11,543 nt of DNA from Leptospirales bacterium (GCA_040326155.1 JBEQLE010000102.1:1-11543); one strand, 5' to 3'; positions 1 through 8,389 are shown, numbered from the stretch's first letter. Program-made: numbers and translations. Notes: a model not told the origin generated them from the sequence alone.

Positions 1-77
1 GAAAATTGCGAGACAGGTTTTTTCGATTTTCCCCCCGCTCCGAACCGCTGTGCGGTTCTACACTTCCCCTTTTATAT
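1..77. repeat. Structured direct repeat, copy A (probably extends left of the window)
   Basis: 1-77 matches 7771-7847 at 76/77 nt (C38 vs T7808). Contains the perfect hairpin GAACCGC-TGT-GCGGTTC (42-58). Confidence 0.95.
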
Positions 78-215
78 TTACTTTCCGGCTAACCGCCGGG
101 GAGTAATGTTCATTTTCTTTTGCCGTCAAAAGAAAACGAACCAAAAGAAAAGCGCCGAGCGTGCATCACCCCTCCCTGAGTGATGGCGCTCGGTTTAGCT
201 CGCCCTCCTGGCTCG
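78..215 (+). other. Cluster of consecutive stem-loops (structured ncRNA or palindromic dispersed-repeat element)
   Basis: 12-bp stem 78-89/95-106 with two G-U pairs. 15-bp stem 108-122/127-141 with one mismatch, followed by a second CAAAAGAAAA (142-151). About 14-bp stem 155-169/180-193. Confidence 0.55.
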
Positions 216-329
216 TAAGATTCAGCGTAGGTTTTATTGATGATTTGGTGTTGTTGAGCATCCCGGTATTGATTCACCTATGGAAGGATTCTGGCTGCGC
301 GTTTTATTGTGTGTTCGCTTGGTTATTGA

Positions 330-431
330 ATGCAAAAGGAGATTGATCATGAGGATGTTCGAAGTGGACGAGTTAAAACTATTCCAGGTGATGTTGCCTT
401 AGCACAAGTACGACAGTCGATCACAAAATGA
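330..431 (+). pseudogene. C-terminal remnant of an addiction-module antitoxin (TIGR02574/PF09720-like)
   Basis: Own translation: MQKEIDHEDVRSGRVKTIPGDVALAQVRQSITK*. Resembles the family C-terminus (EVRSGxVxxIPGDEALAQVR). Its stop overlaps the toxin start (ATGA at 428-431). The N-terminal part is missing. Confidence 0.7.
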
Positions 432-562
432 AATTTGAATTTCATCCAGAAGCACTTGACGAATATAAAGATACTGCTCAATATTATGAAGAATGTCAAT
501 CCAGTTTGGGACACCGTTTCATTGCAGCGGTCGAACAAGCAATTCTTCATTATAACTCATAG
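428..562 (+). pseudogene. Truncated RelE/ParE-family toxin (N-terminal 44 aa)
   Basis: Own translation: MKFEFHPEALDEYKDTAQYYEECQSSLGHRFIAAVEQAILHYNS*. Typical FHPEA..E...YYE....LG.RF N-terminus, about half the normal length. Not in the ORF track. Confidence 0.8.
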
Positions 563-678
563 AGATAACAACTACCGGCTTTACATGTTCAAGACGATAA
601 ACCTCCTCTGCTATAAAATTCATTTGTCTAATTGATTTTGAGAAACTTCTTCTGCGTTCCTACCGTGACAGGGCAATA

Positions 679-1212
679 TCAGTTATCGTTTGTACTAATC
701 TTCAACCAGCTATTTTGGTAACCTAGGGAATCTAGTATTTTCTTTTTATCCAAAGTTTCAATGGGACGGTCGATTTCCAAATATAGCGACTTAGGCGGAA
801 CTATTTCAATTATTGTGAATTGTGAACCATGAGGTTGCCACGTGAATTTATGAAGGTTCGAAGACGAATTAAATCCAATCAAATTATTATTTTTATTCCA
901 TTCCCATCTGTAGTTTTCAGTAGGATAAGGTACTGTACTGGTTTCAAAGACAACAACATTTTTTAAATCATCAGATTTAATTAGCACCACTGTTCGAAGC
1001 TCTTTGTAGTTTATTAGGATATTATTTACTCGTTCATTCCAAATTGAGAGAACCATCGCGCCTATTTTATTTGGGTCTGCATCTGATATTTTGTTTTGAC
1101 CAAAAGAGTACGTAGGCGAATTACGTCCTGAAATTAGTCTTACGGATTTTTGTGATTTGGGATTGTTAAATGTTGCTTTCTTTTTTATTGATTCTGGACA
1201 ATAAACTTGCAA
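679..1212 (-). pseudogene. C-terminal fragment of a putative type II restriction endonuclease
   Basis: Motifs VRLISGRNSP.YS, IWNERV, LRTVVLIKS, WEWNKNNNL and HKFTWQPHGSQFTI match, from memory, endonuclease-like partners of C5 methyltransferases. Similarity appears to begin only at about 1166, and the TTG start lies inside the neighbouring ORF. Confidence 0.6.
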
Positions 1213-1369
1213 CTGTTATGTCTTTCCGGTTTATATAATCGTTGCGGGCAGTATGTATAATCGTCATCACTTTGGTTATACTATGATTTGAACCCTTTTG
1301 ATCTAACATGCAAATAGCATTTAAAATGCGCTCAAACAAAATATTTATATCAGTATTATTTTTATCCAT
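1166..1369 (-). CDS. Small hypothetical protein (67 aa), possibly truncated
   Basis: ATG lies 2 nt after the DUF3883 stop, so probably co-transcribed. No recognisable motif. Confidence 0.45.
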   Translation of the reverse strand: MDKNNTDINILFERILNAICMLDQKGSNHSITKVMTIIHTARNDYINRKDITVASLLSRINKKESNI

Positions 1370-1371
1370 TT

Positions 1372-2145
1372 TTATTCGCTCCCTATATTAGCATTCCAGT
1401 TTATTTGAATATTTGTTACTTCACTAGATGAAAAATTTAATTTGCTGTTCAATGGGTTTTTATAAACAGTATGATATGGGTATTCCTTAAAGTTGTGCAC
1501 AATGTATAAAAAAAAACGATTTTTTAGTAAGCGGGCAACTTGATATTCTTTTGCAGTCAATTGGATATTCCCGGCTTTGTTTGCGAGTCCTTTCACTTCG
1601 ACAGCAATAAATGGCTTACGTAATATATCGATTTTAAAATCAAATCCGCACCCCCATTTGGTTGTATTTGTAAGTGTACAATTTTGAAAATAAGTTTCTT
1701 TTTGATAATTTCGTTCAAAGTAATGCTCCGCAGCTTGACCAGTGATTAATCGTTTTGCAAAAGTATTCTGACTATAGTTTGCAAGTTGATCTTCAATACT
1801 TTCAAGTTCGCCAAGTTCGGAAATAGATAATCTAAGAATTTCTACAAAATCTTTTTTGTTAAGTTTACAATAAATATCAAATATGTTTTGACAATTACTA
1901 CGCATAGACCTTTTATGCCAGCCACTGCGTGCATTTGGGAAGTATGGATCAAACTCATCTCTGTAATTCTTTATAGAAGCAGGCTGAGCATTTAAACTAA
2001 AGGCGATTGTATTAAATGCTTCAGAAAAACTATTAAAACCCAAAGCTTCTAATCCATCGCGATCAAATTTAGCTAAGAATAAACCGGTTAGAATTAGTTT
2101 TTCTCTATTAGTCAGTTTTTGGTTTCTATTAATATATTGGCTCAT
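1372..2145 (-). CDS. DUF3883 (NO VEIN C-terminal-like) PD-(D/E)XK nuclease domain protein
   Basis: C-terminal motifs G..AE.YF, GCGFDF, AVEVKG and IQLTAKEY. Conserved-looking N-domain SIKNYRDEFDP.FPN.R.GWHKR. ATG 2145 is preferred over TTG 2181, which lies inside the MTase remnant. Confidence 0.8.
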   Translation of the reverse strand: MSQYINRNQKLTNREKLILTGLFLAKFDRDGLEALGFNSFSEAFNTIAFSLNAQPASIKNYRDEFDPYFPNARSGWHKRSMRSNCQNIFDIYCKLNKKDFVEILRLSISELGELESIEDQLANYSQNTFAKRLITGQAAEHYFERNYQKETYFQNCTLTNTTKWGCGFDFKIDILRKPFIAVEVKGLANKAGNIQLTAKEYQVARLLKNRFFLYIVHNFKEYPYHTVYKNPLNSKLNFSSSEVTNIQINWNANIGSE

Positions 2146-2158
2146 ATTTCTGAATAGA

Positions 2159-2503
2159 TTATAAATGTTTTTTAGCTTCAATGCTCCGAGCTATATCAAA
2201 AAATAAGGTACCCCGAGTATCAATGAATCCATTACGTTTACCAATTATGCTAAAAGGTTGGCATGGAAATCCAGCAAACAATATATCATGATCGGGAATG
2301 AAATTTTCGTTTACTTTCGTAATATCCCCAAAAGGCTCTTCACCGAAGTTATCCCCGTAGATTTTTTGAACTGCGGGGTCAATATCACTAGAAAATACGT
2401 TTTTCGCTTCAAATCGATATTTCTTAGATACATTGTTCATCGCAACCCTAAAGGCACCGATACCACAAAAAAGATCAATATAGGAAATGTTCATATGTGA
2501 CAT
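2159..2503 (-). pseudogene. Truncated DNA (cytosine-5)-methyltransferase, motifs I-V only
   Basis: IDLFCGIG (motif I), SDID (II), GDI (III), catalytic AGFPCQPFS (IV), RGTLFFDI (V). Stops at 114 aa, before the ENV motif VI and the target-recognition domain. Confidence 0.92.
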
Positions 2504-2651
2504 AACAGATATTAATTATGGGACTGAAAATCAACCAAATAATTTTTACAAAGTAGGATCCCTGAATATATCATAGATTTTTTCCGACAACAAACTTTAT
2601 CCACTCGAAACCGCTCAACCCCCACATTGTCGAAAATGAGGCAGCAGTACT

Positions 2652-2897
2652 CTAAAAATAAATACCCAGAAATAGCTCGATTGCTACCGTAGTGCGTACC
2701 GATGGAGTGGTTACCTTTACGCCTCGTTTTTTCACCTCAGCTTCGCCAACCATATTAGTATATTGTAGATTACACTTGTATAATGATGGCTCACCTGAGA
2801 ATTGCCTCTATTCTAAATCTGCCAGATCGACGCGCACGATGACGCCCCAACCGGTACCTGAAAAAGAGCCGAATCCTGACTCTTTTGCTATGGCCAT
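2652..2897 (-). pseudogene. Possible decayed C-terminal fragment of a beta-barrel outer-membrane protein
   Basis: One frame with a single internal TAG (2808-2810): MAIAKESGFGSFSGTGWGVIVRVDLADLE*RQFSG...TTVAIELFLGIYF*. Alternating hydrophobic strands and a terminal Phe. Confidence 0.3.
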
Positions 2898-2929
2898 AAA
2901 ATAATCTCGTTTTAACCTCTCGTGTGTGC

Positions 2930-2945
2930 CCGACATCCTTGTCGG
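2930..2945. repeat. REP-like GC-rich hairpin
   Basis: CCGACA-TCCT-TGTCGG is a perfect 6-bp stem. A related hairpin lies at 7992-8005. Confidence 0.4.
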
Positions 2946-3204
2946 CCATGTATGAAACTAAAATGTGATTATGCTATTAAATAGATTTGACACATGGACT
3001 TTTTGTATAGAACTTGAGATGCACTCCAAAAAGTATATAATTTTATGCTAAGAGCGAACGTACGATTGTTGCCTGTCCAACTTTACATCAATTTGATGCT
3101 TTTTAGAGATATCAAGAAGTATTTTGAATCATTTAGCTTAAAAAATTATTCTTGTTGGACATTGCAGGTATTTTTTTGAAAATAAATATATTTTGAGAGA
3201 AAAT

Positions 3205-3513
3205 ATGAATAAAATATTTTTAGATAAAATTAGCTTATTAAAACAAAAATACAATACTGAGGGGTTTATCATTCTTGGTGTTTTTGGATCATATGCCAGA
3301 GGAGAGGAAACTCCAACCAGTGATATTGATATTCTTTATGAACTGGCTGAGAAATTTTATAATAAATATCCTGGATGGGGAATTATTTCTGCCATTGAAA
3401 ATATTCGAAAAGATCTTGAAACAACATTGGGAAAAAAAATTGATTTTGCAGATAAAAACGCTTTAAAAAATACCGGGAAAAAATATATTTTACCAGAGGT
3501 TCAGTATGTCTGA
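3205..3513 (+). CDS. Minimal nucleotidyltransferase (MNT) antitoxin of an MNT-HEPN pair
   Basis: Pol-beta-fold motifs GVFGSYARGE...SDIDIL and LGKKIDF, about 102 aa, overlapping the next gene. Alternative start TTG 3193. Confidence 0.92.
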   Translation: MNKIFLDKISLLKQKYNTEGFIILGVFGSYARGEETPTSDIDILYELAEKFYNKYPGWGIISAIENIRKDLETTLGKKIDFADKNALKNTGKKYILPEVQYV

Positions 3514-3724
3514 AAAAAGTGACCTTGCAAAACTCGATTCAATTTTAAATTATATTCAGGATATTGATACAATTATTAAACGCCACGAAACTATTGAAAA
3601 TGCACTGGATGACATTGAAGGTCAATACATTCTAAGGATGATGGCTCATCTCGGTGCGTTATCTGCAACTGTTGCTCGGTGTTTGCGCTCAGGGAATGTA
3701 TTTATATACGCGCGCCCGGTTTGA
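3506..3724 (+). pseudogene. Truncated HEPN (DUF86/HepT-like) toxin
   Basis: Start overlaps the MNT stop. The helical N-terminus (D..KL..IL.YI.DI) is HEPN-like up to EGQY (about 3628). The rest is a non-homologous GC-richer tail running into the convergent gene, and the C-terminal R-X4-6-H RNase helix is absent. Confidence 0.65.
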
Positions 3725-6526
3725 GGTATCTTTGAAGCCAATGTAAATGTTCCCGCTCGGATCTACTGCCAATGAGTGAGCGTTGTTTAAGTTCCCGTTG
3801 CCAGGATTGCCCAGATAGTCCCATGATGTTCCGCTATTCCAACGATACACGGAAAAACCGTTTGTGTTATCAATAATCACAACCGGGTTTGCTCCGTCGA
3901 CTGCGATGTCGAGACCGTAAATCTGTGTGGTTGGACCATAGGGGTAACCCATCAATGTCCATGTGGTTCCGTCATAGGAGTAGACTTTTACGTAATACGA
4001 AGAGCTGCTCGAAGAGTTTTTGTAGGCGAATGCAAAATAGATGGTGTTGCCAACGGCGACCATACTGTGCCAGCTTGTGTTCACTCCGTCAGGATAGGTT
4101 TTTAGTAGAGACGTAGTTGTGGACGCGGCGAGCGAGCGGTATATTTTATAATCGGTACCGCCATGCATAACCGATATGTATCGATTGCCATTTGTCGTTA
4201 CGGCAACGACAGGGTAATTAAAGTTTGTTCCAACCATGGTTCCCCCGCTGTCGCGATTTGACCAACTCGCGCCATTCCACTCTTTTAAGTGGATGTCATC
4301 GCTAAACTCAAAAGCGACCACAGGGTAGTTCGAGTAGAAAGGATTTAGCGCAATGGACGTATAATAATGAGTTCCGTTCGTTGTTGCTTTGCCACGGCTA
4401 ATCCAGCTTGCTCCATTCCATTCAAGTATATTGACTCTATTGAAATCGTCAGCATTGCCTACGGCAACAACAGGTGTATTCGCGTCTTTTGCGGTGATGC
4501 TCATGCGTGCGCCGGAGGCCCCCCCGAGAAGATTCCCCCCGACAGCTGTCCATGAACCCCCGGTTTCGCTGTATTTGTCGACGTAAACAAGGGTGCTTCC
4601 ACCGTCATTATAGACGCAGTATACGTTGTCTTTATCGACGGCGACAATGGCGGGGTAATTTGTAATACTCGCGCTGAGAAAACCAAGGTCGGTCCAGTGG
4701 GTAATGGTAAAATTATTGGCGCTTTGTGTGGTGAAAGCTGTTCCACCCAGGGATGTAATGACAACTTTATAGTTGGTTCCTTCAGCCTGCGCTCCGGGAA
4801 TTGGCCAGGAGAAAGAGCCATCGTTGGCGGTCGTTGCGGAAATAGTGCTGTTAAAAACCCCACCTTTGTATAATTCAATTTTTACATTGGCGCCCACCCC
4901 CAGATCATAATTCCAGGTGATTGTCTGGGAGGAGCCTACCTGGTATTTAATACCGGCAGTGTTCGGAGATATAATGTTCAGTTTCCCAATGGAAAACGCC
5001 AGATCACTGTCGTCCGTAAGGTCAACCCCGGCGCCATCAAATACGTCGGTAATTCTAATTTTATAGTTTGTGATATCGGTGGCCTGGGTCCCCGGAATGG
5101 TCCAGTTGTAAGTTCCATCGTTGGGTGTGCTGGCAATAATTGTGGAGTCAAATACATTCGACTTTAACAGCTCGATTTTAACATTTCCGCTGAAATCGGC
5201 GCCGCTTCCGGACGTCCATGTAATGGGTACGCTGTCTCCGGTTTCATAGATCAGGCCGGTGTTCGGGGCGGTTACCACAAGGGTATTTACCAGGGCAAAG
5301 TTCGCGTCGCTATCATCCGTAATCGAGTTTTCCTCTATAAAGGTCAAACGAATGGTATAGTCCAAACCGGTTTTACCCCCCGGGACAGTCCAGTTGTACG
5401 ATCCATCATTTGGGGTAGAAGCGATTATTGCGCTGTCAAAAATATTATTTTTCAGTAAATCGATTTGTACGGTTCCCGAATTGGTTGCCGACCAGGTAAT
5501 GTTAAAGTTTTCGCCGGTTCCGTAAGTTTCTGATCCATTGGGTGTTGAAACGAGCAAGGAGTCTACGATGGCAAAGTTTGCATTGCTGTTGTCGGTAATG
5601 GCAGCGTTTGATAAATGGGTGATGACAACTGTATAATCTTGTCCCCCCGCCTGCCCGGGGTTTATGTTCCAGGTATAACTGCCGTCGTTGGCGGTACTGG
5701 TTGTAATATTTGAATCGAACACTCCGCCTTTGAATAATTCAATTTTAACGTTCCCTCCGGCTACGGCCGTCCAGGTGACACTTGTCGCTCCCCCTGAACC
5801 AAGGACCTCGCCCCCGTCCGGCGCAGTCACCAGGATAGATTCGATAATGGAATAATCGGCGTCGCTGTCATCGAGTACCGCTCCGCTTTCAATCGAAGTT
5901 ATTTTAATGCGCGATTGAGAAGTATCCACTCCCGCAGGTATAACCCAGTTAAAAGCATTGTCATTTGCCGTTGAGGAAGAGATCGTTTGGTCAAAAATAC
6001 CACCAACCAGAAGTTCAATTTTTACCGTACCGCCGATATCCGAAGCCCAGGCAATGGGGATAGTGTCACCTACGGTGTAAAGTTCACCCCCGTTGGGTAC
6101 GGTAACAACAATCGTATTACTTATAACAGTAAAGTCTGCGTTGCTCTGGTCGGAAGTGGATGGGGTCTCAATAGATGTAATTTTAATACGATAATCGACT
6201 CCGGGAGTCAGTCCGGGCGGTACGGTCCAGGCATAGAGGCCGTCATTGGGAGTGTTTGCCGTTATTGTAGAATCTAATACCCCGCCTTTGTATAAATCAA
6301 TGCTCACATTTCCATCGATATCCTGGCTCCAGGTGATGTTCGTCAGAGTTGAGGGAATAATGGACTCCCCCCCGTCAGGTACGTCAACAACAATGCCGAT
6401 GCTAGATCCACCGTCACTGCTACTGTCGTCTCCTAAAAACTCTACGTCGAGACTTGGGGTATTGGCACAGTTCATCCCGAATAAAATAAAAATAAATATG
6501 ATTGTGAGTTGGACTTTATTTTTCAT
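3689..6526 (-). CDS. Large surface lipoprotein: six tandem Ser/Thr-rich Ig-like repeats (PF10342-like) plus a C-terminal beta-propeller-like domain
   Basis: Signal peptide ending in LFGMN-C20. Six repeats of about 92-100 aa with pattern V..PNGGE....G....ITW...G.VKIEL.K......I...T.NDG.Y.W..P.....Y.I.IT...D.SD..F.I (about 4700-6400). C-terminal region has repeated WNGASW/YDGTTW blades. Confidence 0.88.
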   Translation of the reverse strand: MKNKVQLTIIFIFILFGMNCANTPSLDVEFLGDDSSSDGGSSIGIVVDVPDGGESIIPSTLTNITWSQDIDGNVSIDLYKGGVLDSTITANTPNDGLYAWTVPPGLTPGVDYRIKITSIETPSTSDQSNADFTVISNTIVVTVPNGGELYTVGDTIPIAWASDIGGTVKIELLVGGIFDQTISSSTANDNAFNWVIPAGVDTSQSRIKITSIESGAVLDDSDADYSIIESILVTAPDGGEVLGSGGATSVTWTAVAGGNVKIELFKGGVFDSNITTSTANDGSYTWNINPGQAGGQDYTVVITHLSNAAITDNSNANFAIVDSLLVSTPNGSETYGTGENFNITWSATNSGTVQIDLLKNNIFDSAIIASTPNDGSYNWTVPGGKTGLDYTIRLTFIEENSITDDSDANFALVNTLVVTAPNTGLIYETGDSVPITWTSGSGADFSGNVKIELLKSNVFDSTIIASTPNDGTYNWTIPGTQATDITNYKIRITDVFDGAGVDLTDDSDLAFSIGKLNIISPNTAGIKYQVGSSQTITWNYDLGVGANVKIELYKGGVFNSTISATTANDGSFSWPIPGAQAEGTNYKVVITSLGGTAFTTQSANNFTITHWTDLGFLSASITNYPAIVAVDKDNVYCVYNDGGSTLVYVDKYSETGGSWTAVGGNLLGGASGARMSITAKDANTPVVAVGNADDFNRVNILEWNGASWISRGKATTNGTHYYTSIALNPFYSNYPVVAFEFSDDIHLKEWNGASWSNRDSGGTMVGTNFNYPVVAVTTNGNRYISVMHGGTDYKIYRSLAASTTTSLLKTYPDGVNTSWHSMVAVGNTIYFAFAYKNSSSSSSYYVKVYSYDGTTWTLMGYPYGPTTQIYGLDIAVDGANPVVIIDNTNGFSVYRWNSGTSWDYLGNPGNGNLNNAHSLAVDPSGNIYIGFKDTSNRARVYKYIP

Positions 6527-6559
6527 AATTTTTTTCCATTTAGGTTCATTTGTTTAACC

Positions 6560-7675
6560 TCATAGTTTAAAAAACACTCCCAGGTAAAATGATAACTGGC
6601 CGGATGAAGCGTTCTGAAATATAACCTGCTGATATTTTGACCCTGCTTCTAATCCCATTGTACTGTTCATATGGTAGCCAAATCGAACATCCGCAATGGC
6701 AAGCATGGAAGTGTATGTTAAATCTTGTTGTGAAATACTTTTTCCGGTAGAATCGACGGGCAAAACAGCGAGCTGTGAATAATCCAGGTTGATCGTTCCA
6801 TAAGAACCGCCCAGTCCCAGGGATGGGGTAATGGTGAGTTTCGGGGCTAAGGGGATGCTATAACCAAGACCAAGAAAACCGCTGAATATGGATACTGTAG
6901 CATCCACTTTGGCTGCATGACCTTCCGCAGAAAAAGAGTGAGCGCCGTTTTGATACTGCATACCGGCGATACCGATCACCCGTGCAAATAGAAAATTGTT
7001 TCTTCGATACTCCCCAAAAAAATTGAAAAGCACCTTAAAATCTCCGGGTTGCAAGCCGGAGTTTATCTGTAATTTCTGAGCAGAGTTGTCTGGGAATGAA
7101 AATGTGGAATACCCGCCATTTAAAGCCAATTGATTGGCATATATACTTCCGCCTTGGTTTTTTTCCCAATTATCTTTATTCGGTAAAATCGATTCAATTT
7201 CTTTGGCTATTTGTTGGGCAATTTTTTCAACGGAAGCAAAAATTCGATTGTCTGCATAACCTTTTATAACAAATTCTTTGACCAACTTTTTCTTCCCAAT
7301 GTCATAAATATGAACATTCGTATAAATTTTCCCCGAACGAATTTTATAACCCCCACCGATGACGATATCCTGGTTATTGATGAGCCCCAGCTGTAATGCG
7401 ACATTCTTCGTGTAAAATTCATCTTCGTGTAAAAAAAAGTTCTTCTTTGCTTTCGCTTTCCAGACTTTCGGAGCCAGCTCTCTAAATGCAAATTTTGCTT
7501 TCAGTGATTTTTTAACGGCATCCGTAATGGAGGACTCCAGATATTGATAAGATTCATTCTTTTCAATATTCTTAAAATCCATAATCATCACTTTTTTGAG
7601 CCCGGCAGCCACACTTTGCCCCGGCAGACAGAGGTAAAAAAGAACGAATACGATTAAAGCTCTGCTCAGACACAT
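6560..7675 (-). CDS. Outer-membrane protein: signal peptide, TolB-N/CsgG-like alpha/beta domain and about 8-stranded beta-barrel
   Basis: Signal peptide ending near SVAA. N-domain KVMIMDFKN....YQYL..SITD...DIVIGGGY. About eight amphipathic strands ending QLSFYLGVFFKL. Lies 33 nt upstream of the lipoprotein gene. Confidence 0.75.
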   Translation of the reverse strand: MCLSRALIVFVLFYLCLPGQSVAAGLKKVMIMDFKNIEKNESYQYLESSITDAVKKSLKAKFAFRELAPKVWKAKAKKNFFLHEDEFYTKNVALQLGLINNQDIVIGGGYKIRSGKIYTNVHIYDIGKKKLVKEFVIKGYADNRIFASVEKIAQQIAKEIESILPNKDNWEKNQGGSIYANQLALNGGYSTFSFPDNSAQKLQINSGLQPGDFKVLFNFFGEYRRNNFLFARVIGIAGMQYQNGAHSFSAEGHAAKVDATVSIFSGFLGLGYSIPLAPKLTITPSLGLGGSYGTINLDYSQLAVLPVDSTGKSISQQDLTYTSMLAIADVRFGYHMNSTMGLEAGSKYQQVIFQNASSGQLSFYLGVFFKL

Positions 7676-7682
7676 ACTATAT

Positions 7683-7711
7683 AATATGAATAAAACAAGT
7701 TAATATGTCAA
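7683..7711 (-). promoter_or_regulatory. Putative sigma70 promoter of the OMP-lipoprotein operon (possibly leaderless)
   Basis: TTGACA (7711-7706), 17 nt, CATATT (7688-7683). The ATG at 7675 follows 7 nt later with no Shine-Dalgarno sequence. Confidence 0.45.
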
Positions 7712-7757
7712 GTTTAAATCATTATTGTAAATGTATTTAATATGTTTTAATTATTAT

Positions 7758-7847
7758 GCGGGGAAAACGAGAAAATTGCGAGACAGGTTTTTTCGATTTT
7801 CCCCCCGTTCCGAACCGCTGTGCGGTTCTACACTTCCCCTTTTATAT
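7758..7847. repeat. Structured direct repeat, copy B
   Basis: 7771-7847 matches 1-77. 7760-7775 (GGGGAAAACGAGAAAA) pairs with 7788-7804 (TTTTTTCG-A-TTTTCCCC) with a bulged A. Second hairpin at 7812-7828. Confidence 0.95.
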
Positions 7848-8032
7848 GAACCAATAGTGAGCATGTTTATACGTGGAGCGATGTATTTTCGTGTTGCTTT
7901 GTTTAGGAATCGTTATATGCAAGAAAGAGTGCGAAAGTCGCGTTAAGATTATTCAAAGAAAGAACTAATTAAATCCCGCCCCTGTGCCGCCCCACGTCCG
8001 TGTGGTTCGGGTAATCAACTTGAATATGTAAA

Positions 8033-8389
8033 TTAATCTTCGATAATTTCAAATGCTTTGTCTATAAGATCAATTATTTGATTTTCTTTGCTATTCGATA
8101 ACTTTGATAATTTGCCGATTAATTCCATATGCTCTGGTTTTATCGCTTTATTAATATTATCAGTCACCATTATCATTTGCCCGTTTCCTGTAAATAACCA
8201 GTCTATTGATAATGAAAAAGTTTTAACATACTTTAATAAGAATTCGCTAGAAGGGAAAATACCGTTTTCAACTCGTGAGATATAAGAACGACCAATACCA
8301 GTTTTCTCCGCAATATCTTTCTGTGCATAATTCAATGCTTTTCGAAATTCAACTAATCGGTTACCTAAACCCCCCAAATCAATGCACAT
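8033..8389 (-). CDS. XRE-family helix-turn-helix transcriptional regulator (CI-like, no peptidase domain)
   Basis: HTH_3 pattern RL.EFRK.L..AQKDIAEKTGIGRSYISRVENG..PS ... SIDWLFTG.G.M. Confidence 0.93.
   Translation of the reverse strand: MCIDLGGLGNRLVEFRKALNYAQKDIAEKTGIGRSYISRVENGIFPSSEFLLKYVKTFSLSIDWLFTGNGQMIMVTDNINKAIKPEHMELIGKLSKLSNSKENQIIDLIDKAFEIIED

Noticed and set aside
1..77. Group II intron domain V/VI-like sequence on the minus strand (CGGTTCGGAGCGGGGGGAAAA...ACCTGTCTCGCAAT)
   Set aside because: The stem is far shorter than a ~34-nt domain V, with no GNRA loop, no correctly placed branch A and no reverse-transcriptase ORF. The resemblance is superficial, though worth an Rfam check.
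161..635. ORF-track ORFs 161-346, 347-550 and 435-635
   Set aside because: They overlap the hairpin cluster or the antitoxin/toxin remnants, which are in other frames and carry recognisable motifs.
4700..6400. Ig-like repeats as a DNA-level tandem array or diversity-generating cassette
   Set aside because: The repeats are similar at protein level but diverged in DNA. No template/variable repeat pair or reverse transcriptase was seen.
3889..7491. Short ORFs inside or antisense to the lipoprotein and OMP genes (likewise 2258-2500, 3275-3466, 8088-8285, 10966-11175, 11309-11527)
   Set aside because: Shadow frames of well-supported genes, with no motifs.
7731..7946. 71-aa ORF across repeat copy B
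   Set aside because: It runs through a structured repeat whose other copy continues into unrelated sequence, and has no RBS or motif.
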